This document shows positions 13,604 to 25,729 of a stretch of 64,000 bases of DNA, one piece after another. The position numbers and the translations under genes were made by a program. The number at the start of each line of letters is the position of its first letter. Positions within the stretch are counted from its first letter, which is position 1. The notes under the pieces are model-generated. The model was not told the DNA's origin, did not search any database, and saw only the letters and a list, made by a program, of their open reading frames with translations. Source of the DNA: Eledone cirrhosa (Eukaryota); the NCBI GenBank assembly GCA_964016885.1, contig OZ024749.1, positions 26,846,001 to 26,910,000 on the forward strand, written 5' to 3'.

Positions 13604-14500
13604 TAAAATAACAGATTAAAGTTTAAGCAAAGAATCGCTGCTTTCACCCTTAACGGGATCTTCTGAAACTAACAAAGTCAATCTGTAAACGCAGAACTGG
13701 ATATTTCAAAAAACGTTGCAACCGGAGGAAGACAGGAAGACGATACTTTGGTTCATGGTGACGTTCGCTGGCAAAGAACGGGAAAAAACGAATAATACGT
13801 CATTAATAGGAGCGGTGAAAAACAATTACGTGCAAGGACAGAACCACGTTTATGGTATAAAAGAGGTCGTAGACTAATGTTCTCTAAGTGGTGCATAGAG
13901 ACGTTCTCTGGCAATGAACGAAAAAACGAAGATAATAAGTCATATGTGGTGCGTGGAGAACAATAGCGTGCAAAGACAAAACCACGTAAATTGTATAGCA
14001 GAAGTCGTAGACTAAAATTCTAACTAGGAGACGAAATGAATCTCCGCTACAGAGTTAAGAACAAAGTAAATAAATACAATACAGAAGTAATAGGAACAAA
14101 TAAATACATACACGCAAACAGATACGTACATACACAAGCATACGCAAAACCTTACCATAGGTATACAAAACCACGCACATATAAATATGTGTATGTGTGT
14201 ATGCTTGTGTACAAATAAATAAATAATTATATAAACGTATATAAGTAAATAAATACGTATATAACAAGCGCACACACATACCTACAAATAAATACATGAA
14301 GGTTCGGAGACGTAAGTCAACTAAAACAAGAAGTACGCATATACACACACCCACCATACGTACGAACCTGCATACTCACGCAGACACAAAACTCCCATAT
14401 ACACATAACCAAGCCCTAAATACCAGAATATGTAAAAATTATACGCCAAAACAGTCATTAACAAGTTTTATTAAAAATACCTAATCACACATAACTGTTT
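13600..14500 (-). mobile_element. Putative Penelope pLTR-like segment with an internal ~135-bp tandem duplication
   Basis: Start shared with 53155-53220 and 35415-35440; degenerate hammerhead core at 13642-13665 (minus); 13760-13880 resembles 13900-14020. Confidence 0.5.
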
Positions 14501-15017
14501 TTTGTGTGTAAAGAACTCTTAGGTTTCTGGAGAATGGTGCTCTAGCTGGTTGCTAGACTTAAAAATAGCAGTCAAACTTCCTCCATATTACACCCTGCCA
14601 TCCTTAAACAAGAAATGACACAATTGAAAATGTAGTCCTAATTAGATACTCCTAAATATATGGGATGGTCATGACTGGAATGTCTTTGATAATCGGTTTT
14701 ATTAAAGAATGTATTCCTACTCTGCTGCTACACAACCTACTCACACCCTGTTCATCCACCCCCGTACTTACATCAGCCAATATGTACACTCACTCATACA
14801 TATACTTTACACTCACATATGCACTCACATACACATACACAGATATACACATATACACACACATATACACATACATACATGCACACATGTATACACACAT
14901 ACACAGGAACACACATGTATACACATGTACACAGGAACACACACACACACGTTTCATCACCAACATCATTTTTACATCCGTTTTTTTCCAATACGATGTA
15001 TGCTTAATCAAATTATC

Positions 15018-15125
15018 ATTCTGATGATTTGATTAAGCATACATCGTATTTAAAATTGAGTGACACAACTTCAAGTGATTAGCAATTTTAAGTCAACTTA
15101 ACCAATGAAACAATTGTTAATACTG
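15018..15125 (+). ncRNA. Hammerhead-like motif with extended stem II
   Basis: CTGATGA-T-TTGATTAAG...CTTAACCAA-T-GAAA-CAATTG-TT; the downstream tail matches the reverse complement of 7450-7540. Confidence 0.6.
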
Positions 15126-15341
15126 TAAATAAAACCCTTTTTGTACTGTTGACCATGTTATTCTTCACTCTTTCACTATTATTACTCCAAGATTAACTTA
15201 CATAGGAACTCCCGAGAACTCATATACTCGCTACCTAAGGAAAGCTCTTGTTGAGTCAAACAACGGCGTATGCTAAAACTATCCACAATACGGAGTATTC
15301 ACAACCTCTAACTGGATTACCTATAACGATAATTTGTTATC

Positions 15342-15389
<48 letters not shown>

Positions 15390-16829
15390 GTGTGTGTTTC
15401 TATGTCTGTGTTTATATCTACTATATGTTTATGACCCATAACTTAGTAATTTGACAAAAAGGGATTGGTAAAAATAAGTACTGGGATCAATATGACCGAC
15501 TAAAATCCCTTCAAGATGGTGCCCCCAGCATGGCCACTGTCTGATGACTGAAAGAAGTAAAATAAGATAAAAGAATAAGAATAAGTAATCTTCTGCCTGT
15601 TATGTAAGCAACACAGTATGATCAGTGGATTTTGAAACTGGAAGAAAACTTCATATGAAATTATTTTCAAATATAGAATTTCTGGTTTTCATATTTCAGT
15701 AAGATTGTTGGCATTTTACCAAAACTTATGGAGGAAACTTAGTGAAATTTAGTGAATTTTTAGGATTTTATGAAAACTTTTAAATAAAATCTGAGATCCC
15801 AAATAAATATTTAGTGTTTGTTTTGAATTTTTTTTTTATTCAATTTCAGAGAATTCTTCAGCCTTTCCCTTAACCCTTTCATTACCATATTTCTAATGAA
15901 ATACACTCTACATTTGCTTCTGTTAAGGATTTTGTAATATAACTAACTTTCTTATTATCAAACTAGTATTTACAACATACCTTAACAAAAGATTCTTAAA
16001 TGAAATTATGAAAATTAGATAAAAACTGAAAACACTTTGAAACAGGTTTTTGCATCATAGAAACAGGCACAGTTTCAGGTTGTTTTGTATTAAAAGGAAA
16101 GAGATTTTTGAAATTTCAATGAAATCTCCACATCTATATTCTGATATTTAGGACCCATTACTAAAATACATCAGTAGTTTTAAATGGGTAGTGAGAGCTA
16201 CATTTCACATGTAGCCTGGGCTTATTACCAGTTTTGGGGCTTACATATTGCATCTGGCATGGGCCTATTACTAGTTTTGGGCCTGGGCAGATTAGCAGCT
16301 ACAGCGAATTACGTTTTACATCTGGTTATGGCCTATTACTAATTTTAATGAATTAAAATTATACCTATACAAATGAGGAAAACCCAAATCAGGGGAGATA
16401 ATCTAACCCAAATTAAGTACCACGGGTATGTACTAATATATAATTCTATTATGTTTTTGTACGTCACGCGAAGGGAGGTAACTCCTCTATGTTTCAGTTA
16501 CCTGTGTTACTCATTCATACGCACACACACTCATACACATATGTGTGTGCATGTAATAATTATTTTCCCTGAGTCTGTTTATGTGTATGCTTGTGTAGAT
16601 GTGTGTGTATGTAATAATTATTTTTAACTGGCGTTCTTAGATTGGCTACACTTTTGTGGGTGTATATGAGTGTTGTTCAAGGAGCCAAGTCCCTAGCAAT
16701 ATCGAAATAAATTAGAATTATCGAGAATATAAAACGACCGCAGTTGAAAGGTATATACAAATACACATCTGCTCTTTAGCCGTTATTTTTGACGGCACGG
16801 GGCCAGTTAGTACAAATGTACTTGAAAGC

Positions 16830-16995
16830 AGCGATAAACTGGACTCCACCTCGCAGCAAACAGAAGCGGGATTGCCCCAGGATCACCTGTTGAGGAACGT
16901 TCCCAAAAGACCTGATGGCAGTCAACATCACTTGGCACAGACGCGAAAAAGCCGCCGCTGATCGTGATCGTTGGAACCTAGTTACTGCGCGGAAA
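16830..16995 (+). mobile_element. Old RTE-type LINE 3' fragment
   Basis: WTPPRSKQKRDCPRIT...AAADRDRW resembles RTE C-termini. Confidence 0.55.
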
Positions 16996-17559
16996 GGTGC
17001 GGAAGAACCTAAGAATATGCAATATATCGAAATCATGACTCCTCATAGTTAGTAAATGTTAGACCAAGGGACATAACAAGGTATGACATTATGTAAAGGG
17101 AAATAACTCTTGCTTTTCCAGGTATACGGTGTACTGATTATAGACTAGATACATATAGTAACAAAGCCAGAAAGAAACAGTCGATTATATCAACGCCAAT
17201 ACTTGACGGCTGCTATATTTTTATTGACCCCGAAAGGATGAAAGGTAAAGTTGACTTCTGCAGGATTTGAACTCAAAACCCACAAGGCATGGTGTCACTC
17301 TGATACACACATACATGAATACATACATACATGATGGTTGCCTCCTCGGTATCGAGTATTAGAATTTTTTTCGTAACCGTAATACAATTTTCTGTTAGTT
17401 GACCTAAACTAAAGGGCTTCACTGATAGGGTTACATGTGTTGTAATTTCCCAGTTCCATGTTATGGAAAGAAGTTGTGGTGAATCTTTGGAATAGTGCTC
17501 AATAAATATTAATGGCCCTAATATTTGTTGCCATGTTCAAAAGTGGCCCGCCGATGGAA

Positions 17560-17765
17560 TATGTTGCACACCCAGCTCTAGAGTGTGTCTGCCTAGAATA
17601 TGGTGATGGTAAGCGCTCAGACGGGATAACCCTTTTCATGTTCAAGGGAGGTAAGTCTGCGACACGTTCTCCGCCTCCAGTTTTAGTCGAATCGGTCCCA
17701 AGCCCAGGCACTGCTGTTCGTAAGGCGGAGGCGAGAGAGATAGCTAAATATCGGTACTTATTTTG
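17560..17765 (+). mobile_element. CRE/NeSL-type non-LTR retrotransposon fragment (restriction-like endonuclease)
   Basis: DGKRSDGITL..FKGGKS..GTAVRKAEAREIAKYRYL matches the RPDG...AE..K..KY..L motif. Confidence 0.65.
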
Positions 17766-18230
17766 CATATACATATGAGTTATTTTTGTTCATGTGGTTA
17801 ATTATTTTTACATATATTTCATTATTGCACTAGAGCTTGATGAACACAACCACAAGGATATGGTCCGAACGTGGAAGAGCCGAACTCCCACTGTCATCAC
17901 CACCATCTCTCTCGCCCTCCTCATCTCTCGGTATGATGAGTGGGTTACGTACAAAACGTCATTTTGACGTTTTGCGTGTCGATTTCAGTATGGACGTCGC
18001 CCCTTACTTTTGCTATGTAATTATTTCTCTCTCTCTCTCTTTTTAATATGCAAACGTTAATGGGTTGTTCACTACTTTCTTATCTTGAAATAAATATATA
18101 GTTTCACTTTTATTTTGATATATATATATATATATATTCTAGATCTGGAGGGTGTGGTTTCGAGGAAATGGCTGAACGGAATATTTCGATGCGTTTGTTT
18201 ACATTTCGTCTATCGCTTAGAATTTTGTTT

Positions 18231-18327
18231 TTACTTGTTTAAATATTTCGTTAAATATTTTTACTTGTTTAAATATTTCGTTAAATCAAGTATTTACTTG
18301 TTTAAATATTTCGTTAAATCAAGTATT
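18231..18327. repeat. Three tandem copies of ttacttgtttaaatatttcgttaaat
   Basis: Directly visible, upstream of the 18717 ORF. Confidence 0.9.
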
Positions 18328-18514
18328 CCAGAGACCTTTTAAACACTTTCAAATGACTTGCAGAAATATATTTCGCTTTAAATGACGTTAGGCGCCGATA
18401 TATTCCGATGAATACCGGAAATAGGCGAAAGCTATCTGAATGTTTAACAATTATTAAACTAATTAAAGTTTCCATTTTAATTACTACATCGTTTTGTTTT
18501 TTCCTCTATGGATA

Positions 18515-18714
18515 TATATAAAACTGGTCAAGTTGATATTAAATTTTCGGCTTAGAAAATAACACAATCTCGTTCATTTCAATACACCCACCTAATTATG
18601 AACTTTTGAATTCACTTTCTCTTCACGGTATACCAACTCTGTAAATGTTATCAACTGTTATTTACTAACACAGATAATCATCGGTAATTTCCTTGCTTTC
18701 TTTTATTTTCTCAG
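18515..18714 (+). promoter_or_regulatory. TATA box and probable short 5' UTR intron for the 18717 ORF
   Basis: TATATAAAA 18515-18523; candidate donors at 18628 and 18641; TACTAAC branch point 18663-18669; pyrimidine tract and CAG ending at 18714. Confidence 0.55.
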
Positions 18715-18716
18715 TA

Positions 18717-19520
18717 ATGGAGACAAAATGTATTTTCCACCATGAGACGTTGCAGACTTTCTGTTCACGTTGTTCATCTCCTAAACACTTTTTTAAAATA
18801 GCTATTGAACTTGGCTTGAATGTTATTGCTATCAAGACTTTAGAAGAAATATTTATGAAAAACGACTTCTTCAGCCATAAGCTGTATTATGCCTTCAGAG
18901 CATTCATCAGTACCCGCTCTGACCGAACAAATAAAGAAATATGTGACGAAATTGCCGAGAGGATATATAAGATTGAGAATGATGCTTTAATGGTAGATAT
19001 ATTCAATGAATTTAGACGATACCGTAAGTGTGCTGATCGTGGTTGTAGCCATAAAATAACTACCACCCTTTATCCAATTATTGAATGGAAATCTTTCGAG
19101 GAAAGTAACGACGTTATATTATCAAACCAAGACCTTTTAATTTTGGCAGAAACAATATCTGATTCCAGCGCCCCTTTTGCCAGCGAGCTAGGATTATTAG
19201 ACTACTATGCAGTAATTCTGAATAAGTTTCCAACAGACGAACACGAGTGGCGTAGGAAAGTAGAAATTATCTTTAAAGGCCGAGAATTTCATACTGATGG
19301 TCTTTTAGATCTCCTTAACAATAATGATTTCTTTATTAACCACAATAATGATAACAAACTGGATGTAAGGGAAATTTTGGAGAAAAAGAAAATAGCGATT
19401 AAGACAGGTGTGGAAAACGAGAAGAAAAAAGAAAAAAGTGAGGAAAATAAAACTGAGACAGGTGTGGAAAACGAGAACATCTATATCAGAATTAGTAAAA
19501 TACATCATTTACCCCAATAA
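18717..19520 (+). CDS. 267-aa protein with two death-domain-like repeats and a Lys/Glu-rich tail
   Basis: Uninterrupted complex ORF in AT-rich DNA; FFKIAIELGLNVIAIKTLEE and LSNQDLLILAETISDSSAPFASELGL resemble death-domain helices 1-3. Confidence 0.6.
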   Translation: METKCIFHHETLQTFCSRCSSPKHFFKIAIELGLNVIAIKTLEEIFMKNDFFSHKLYYAFRAFISTRSDRTNKEICDEIAERIYKIENDALMVDIFNEFRRYRKCADRGCSHKITTTLYPIIEWKSFEESNDVILSNQDLLILAETISDSSAPFASELGLLDYYAVILNKFPTDEHEWRRKVEIIFKGREFHTDGLLDLLNNNDFFINHNNDNKLDVREILEKKKIAIKTGVENEKKKEKSEENKTETGVENENIYIRISKIHHLPQ

Positions 19521-19981
19521 CCACGGTCGTTTTTGTTTTTTTTCGCGCTTTGGTTATATATTTTGGTGCATTGTTCTTAGCAATAGTTTATTGTATTTGT
19601 TATGTTTTTATATTTTCATTCTAAAATAATTGTGAGCAATTTGTTATGTTATTTATGAGTATACTTAAAACTTTAAAAATTTATTTGCGTAAAAAAAAAA
19701 TAAAAAAAAAATGTGAGAAATAATATCACAAAGAAATCAACGCTGACTCCGAATTATTGAACTCCGAATTGATTTGTGCCACAGCGTAGTCCGGTGATCT
19801 TTTGATGTAATATGACAGACACTTCCGCATTCTCCACCTGTGAAAATGACTCGAGAATTTTGCTTGCTCAGTAATCGTCAGCATAATTTTATGCAATTTT
19901 TTTTTCTCTCACTTTGATTATATATTTTTGTGTATTATCATATTTATAAGGTTCCAATCAATAATTAGTTATAAATATATT

Positions 19982-20461
19982 AGGGCGGTGGATTGGCAGT
20001 ATCGGTGGAGGGTCGGACACCATGCTTTGACGCATAGAGTTACGTCCCTTGCCATTCTGTGTTCAAATCCCGCCGAGGTTAACTTTGCCTTTCATCGTTA
20101 CGGGGTCGATGAATAAAGTACCAGTGATGTACTTGTATAATTCCTGGCCTTAACCAAAAGTAGAAACAATTATAAATATATCATGTGTGTTTATTTTCAC
20201 ATCAGTCAATACTATCTTGTTATATATAATTGTTACTTATTTTTCTTAGATATTAAATCACTCGATTTTAATCATTTTTGGTTTTATGTTTATCATAAGA
20301 TAATTCCATGCTTTACAACATAGAGTTATGGCCGTTTACAGTCTGAATTCAAATCCTGCCGAGGTTAACTTTGCCTTTCATCCTTACGGGGTCGATAAAA
20401 TAAAACACCAGTAATGTACTGGGATAATTGCTGGCCTAGTGCCAAAAGTAGAAACAATTAT
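19982..20461 (+). mobile_element. Two SINE family A copies (19982-20172 full, about 20320-20461 truncated)
   Basis: Head gggcggtggattggcagtatcgg, B-box gttcaaatcc, conserved core and tail. Confidence 0.9.
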
Positions 20462-20482
20462 TCTATGTACTATACATGCACC

Positions 20483-20962
20483 TGTAAGCCACCGGAAATA
20501 ACATCTGTGAAATATACAGCGCCATCTACCTGTTAGCTAGCTACTTCAACGTGAAACAAAAGAACCCTTAAAACCTATCAGAATAAACGCCTATACATCG
20601 GCTAAACATCAAACGATTGTTTCTGTATAAATAGAGTGGTTCCAAACACTTCGCTAGTCGACTTTTGGCAGAGTCAGCTAGCACATCGTTGTTCCTCGCC
20701 TCTGCCACCCCTTGTACCTCGTATTGTCGCTTCATGTGAAAATAAATATCTGATCCAATTTACATCTTGCCTTGCTTCGTCCTTTCAACTTGTGCTTTCG
20801 TCTGTCCATCCTCAACAGTTCTTTTAAGGGCTATATGCGACAACAGTCCTTTTAAGAGCTATCTTCAGATCTGATCAGACCGTATGCGATAAGAGTCCTT
20901 CTAAGGGCTATTCTCGGATCTGATCAGAAGTAGTGACTAGACTGACTAACCACGTCGCTACA
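20483..20962 (+). mobile_element. 5' LTR of Gypsy element
   Basis: TG...CA termini, TATA-like and AATAAA motifs, directly followed by a PBS; 5' boundary approximate. Confidence 0.7.
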
Positions 20963-20964
20963 AT

Positions 20965-20981
20965 TGGTGACCCGAACGTGA
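20965..20981 (+). promoter_or_regulatory. Primer binding site, tRNA-Trp
   Basis: TGGTGACCCGAACGTGA is close to the complement of the tRNA-Trp 3' end (TGGTGACCCCGACGTGA). Confidence 0.8.
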
Positions 20982-21009
20982 GTCGAACAGCACCTAAGAA
21001 AATATCAAC

Positions 21010-23290
21010 ATGGGCATGTCACAAACGACAGAGGCCGAGATTTCGGAGCTGCGGGCTATGGTCAGAGAGCGGGCTGGTCAAATTAAAGCCCTCTCGAATC
21101 AAGTAGAGAACTTGACCTTTCAAACACACAGGCGACGCAGCAACATTCGATCCAGGCCTTTTCACAGTAGTCCCAGTCAAAATCGTGTGCCTGGCAACCT
21201 CTGCTGGTATCACACAAATTTCGGCGCACAGGCATCTAAGTGCAAAGCCCCGTGCTCTTTCCGGAATGCCACCCAGGGCCTAGCGACGACGTTCACGCCT
21301 GGTACTGAAAAGAAAAGTCGTCTATTTTTTATTAACAACCAGGCGACAGGCATCCGTTACCTCGTGGATACAGGGGCCCAGGTTAGTGTTATTCCTGTTT
21401 CACTAATCTCGGGCAAAAGACACCCAATCCCGTCCTTTTTGCAGGCAGTGAACCAATCGTCAATTCCGACTTTCGGGGAGAAGTCTCTGACCCTCAATTT
21501 AGGCCTGAGGCGGCGTTTTCAATGGGTGTTCGTCGTGGCAGACCTGCCGACCCCGGTCCTAGGAGCCGATTTTCTCCACCACTTCAACCTTCTGGTGGAT
21601 ATGAAGAACCGGAGGCTTATTGACACCACCACAAACCTCCCTGTGAGAGGTATATTTACCACGCAATCCACAGTGAGCCCTGTAATTTGCCAGTCAGAGC
21701 CTTCGCGTTACAACGGCATTCTCCAGAAATACCCAGACATCACTCGCCCGGTATTTAAGGATGGTCCCATTACGCATAGTGTCACGCACCACATCGAGAC
21801 AAAGGGACCACCCACAGCTGCCTGACCAAGGAGACTGCCTCCAGACCGATTGAGAATCGCCAGACAGGAGTTCCAACACATGCTGGACCTCGGAATCATT
21901 CGCCCTTCCTCCAGCAACTGGTCTGCACCCCTACACCTTGTTCCAAAAAAAAACGAGAATGATTGGCGACCATGTGGGGATTATCGTGCACTTAACAATT
22001 CTACAGTGCCCGATAATTACCCTGTACCTCACCTGCACGATTTTTCCGCCTCTCTGCAAGGCGCAAGCATCTTTTCCAAGGTAGATTTGGTGCGTGCATA
22101 TAACCAGATACCAATGGAGCCTGCAGACATTCCAAAGACCGCAATCGCAACACCGGTTTATTCGAATTCCTGCGAATGCCGTTCGGTCTGCGCAACGCTG
22201 CACAAACTTTTCAGCGGTTTATTGACACCGTGTTACGCGATCTACCCTTCGTATATTGACGACGTACTGGTAGCAAGTGCTTCCGAGCATGAACACGAGA
22301 AGCACTTAGATCTCCTTTTCCGACGTTTGGCTGAGTACGGTATCATCATCAACGCCAGCAAGTGCCTTCTCGGCGTTCCTTCACTGTCCTTTCTCGGGTA
22401 CATCATCGATAAAGACGGCATTCGTCCACTTCCCGAGAAAGTAGAAGCTATCCGCAGTTTTCCCGCACCTACATCACTTCGGAAACTGCGTGAATTCCTC
22501 GGTCTGGTGAATTTTTATAGGCGGTTCATCCCTCATTGTTCCGACGCAGCCAGACTCCTCACGGACCTTCTTCGTAACCAGACTCGCAAAAACGAAGAGA
22601 TCACTCTAAACGAGGAAGAATTAACATCTTTTAACCGCCTGAAGGAAATATTGGCAAACGCTTCCATGCTCGTTTTCCCCAGGTCTGGTGCTCCTCTTTC
22701 GCTGCTAGTGGACGCATCAGACACGGGGGTTGGAGGCGTTCTACAACAACATTTCAACGGCGTGTGGCAACCCTTATCCTTCTTTTCTAAGCGGTTGCAA
22801 CCGGCAGAAACGAAATACAGTACCTTTGGCCGCGAACTCTTGGCAACCTATCTTTCGGTTAAGCATTTTCGGCACATGCTCCAAGGATCAGATTTTGTGA
22901 TCTACACGGACCATAAACCATTAGTTTATGCGTTCCGTACCAAACCTGATAGACATTCACCGAGAGAACTCCGACACCTGGATTTTGTCTCCCAATATTC
23001 AACTGATATTCGGCATATCAAGGGATCAGACAACGTAGCAGCCGACGCACTGTCCCGAATCCAGCTGAACACAATACATGTGCATTCAGGCATCGACCTT
23101 CAACAGATCGCAGCTGACCAAGAGACTGACGAAGAGTTTATCAAGCTCCGAGATTCGCCATCCCTCAAGTTTCAGCAAGTTCCCATTCCTTCTTCTCCGG
23201 GACAAATTTGATGCGACTTTTCTACCGGTCATGAACGACAGATGCATCGTCGACAAGTTTTTTCTGCTTTACACTGCTTGTCTCACCTGG
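21010..23290 (+). mobile_element. Ty3/Gypsy CsRN1-clade gag-pol pseudogene, truncated at the start of integrase
   Basis: CHCC knuckle CWYH..C..C, protease [28 protein letters not shown], RNase H VDAS..TDHKPL..ADALSR; stops and frameshifts. Confidence 0.93.
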
Positions 23291-24468
23291 GAATCTTTGG
23301 TTTGTTTTTATCCTTCTATGTTGTTCACTTGTCCCCCTCGCTTTACGCGATTACTGGTCCCAATAACTTTTTTTAGATTATTGCTCGCACCAACCTGAGG
23401 TATCTGATTTTTAATGCGACCTGGACTACAACGGCAAATCCAGGAAATCCAGTCATTTCTGACGTGTATAAGTTGCTTTATAAGTGTTATTTGTTTTTAC
23501 TTGTTTGCTTTTGATAAGCTTGTCTAATAAAATAAATATATACTCTGTTGATTTAATTATATGAACTGATAAATTTTTTTAAAATGTGTTTTTTCTTGAA
23601 AAGTATGAAAATTTCGAAATATCAAACTCTTTACTACAAACCCAAACTTCTGATTAAATAATAGTGTTTTTTTAAATAATAATGGGATATAACAAACCAT
23701 GAAATGATACTTAGAACTGGGGAACAAAAAATATGTTACACGGTGTAATCGAATGGAAAGAAGTGCACCTGAATGACTAATTTAAAAGCGTGTATCCCAA
23801 TATCCCAGTGGCCCATTTCAATCTTTCTTTCAAATTAGGCTAACACACTTGGACTCACACACACACACACACATATACTCGCACGCATATTTTTCCCTTT
23901 TTATTATATACATATTTGCACACGCCTTACACTACATAACCTTACATTCATACACCCACAAACATCCCACTAAACACACTTACATTCATGCGCACAGATG
24001 CATATATCATACACTTTTCCCCATACATTTCACAACGTGCATGCTCAAAATTTTAATGTTTTCATTTCATTTAACTTAAATCTGCCTTCGAAACAAGTCA
24101 ACTCTGATCGATCCTTTAAATCTCTCACAGGGATAGTCCCTTGACAATGGGTTTTTAAACCCCAAAATATTTGGGATTATCAAATTTGCTAAGGTAAGAT
24201 TCTATTGTTATCTTGGCACTTTTGATTTTCTAGTGCATTGTATGGTTTTCAAAATTTGTGTTTCCTATTCAACAATGCGTCAAGCAAACTACAACACTGT
24301 TACATATATATATATATATATTTATTTAGGTTTGAGCTGGATAGAGCTGGTCAATTCCGTATAGTCAATCTTGATGTAATAATATAGAGAGTACTCAACG
24401 TAAAGCAGTTCAACCGTCTTCGTTTTTGTAGTTGGTGGTGCGAGTACGGAGTTAAATATTATATTTCG

Positions 24469-24575
24469 AATACCTGATATCACCGGATTCATACGGAACC
24501 CGGTCATTGAAATGATCATAGTATAATAAACCTTTCAAGGATTTACACAAGTCCAGCCTCCTGTTATTTTATTAT
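24469..24575 (+). ncRNA. Degenerate hammerhead-like motif and pLTR-like tail
   Basis: ATAC-CTGAT(-)A-tcACCGG..CCGGT-catt-GAAA-TGATCA-TA-GTAT; tail resembles 60200-60257. Confidence 0.55.
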
Positions 24576-24633
24576 AATATTATATATATATATATACTTA
24601 ACTTCTTTTTCTTTTTTCTTTTCAATGGACACA

Positions 24634-24792
24634 CTAGAAGAGGAAGACCAAGGTTAACATATGTTGATGTCCTAAGGACAGACACTGGTCTGTTGGAGAC
24701 GCACGACATGGCAGCGATAATGAGGGACAGAGACTGCTGGAGAGAACTCGTCCATGGATCTCGGGAATTTTACCCACCTTAGATAGATAGAT
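24634..24792 (+). mobile_element. RTE-type LINE extreme 3' fragment with (TAGA)n tail
   Basis: RRGRPRLTYVDVLRTDTG..MRDRDCWRELV. Confidence 0.7.
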
Positions 24793-25279
24793 ACTTAACT
24801 TCTGCTGGACACCACCAGAGGGCAATAGCCCCTGGTGTTTTTTGCATAGCTACGGCTTTCTAAATGTTTATCTATAAACATACTGTGTTTCTTCAGAAAT
24901 ACGAAATTCTAATACATATCTGTATACAGCTATGTCTGAAGCTAAATAGTTGACTATAGTATATTATTTTAGACAAAATGTTATATTGTTTCAATCTTAA
25001 TGAAATTTAAAATTACATGTTGTTAACCCGGGCTCTAACACCTTGTAAACTTTGATCGACAGTGAAACATGTAATTAAATATGTTTATGATGCAACACTG
25101 ATTCTTTGTTCCCTATATATATATATATATGAGTGTGTGTGTATGAGTGTGCATGTGTATAAGCGTGTGTGTCTGTATGAGTGTGTGTGCTACACGGGGC
25201 ATAACATATTGATTTGATTGGCGGTTTCAATAAAACATGTTAGGCAAAAGCAGTGAAGAAAACCAAAAGAGTGAAAGGC

Positions 25280-25325
<46 letters not shown>

Positions 25326-25489
25326 AGAGAGAGATTGATTGATAGATTCAGAGAGGGAGAGCTAGTTGACTGATCAACCTTGCTACTTGCAGTAAACCAG
25401 TTTGCAAGTAGAGACATGCATTTAGATCTGTATGGTGTGTATATGTGAGTGTACATATGTGTGTGTGTGTTGATCAAACCAGGATTTTA

Positions 25490-25584
<95 letters not shown>

Positions 25585-25729
25585 GAAAGGTATAGAAAAT
25601 ATTGTAGCAAAAAGCCAATATATATATATATATATATATATATACCAAGTGAAATCAGGGGTAACCAGTTAAGAAAGGTACTCAATACATTAGTAGAGTG
25701 GCAAACTTCGTTATCATTATTTAATATAG

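Noticed and set aside
15541-15555. CTGATGA-ct-GAAA as a hammerhead
   Set aside because: No room for stem II; it is the SINE tail, which reads ctaatga in other copies
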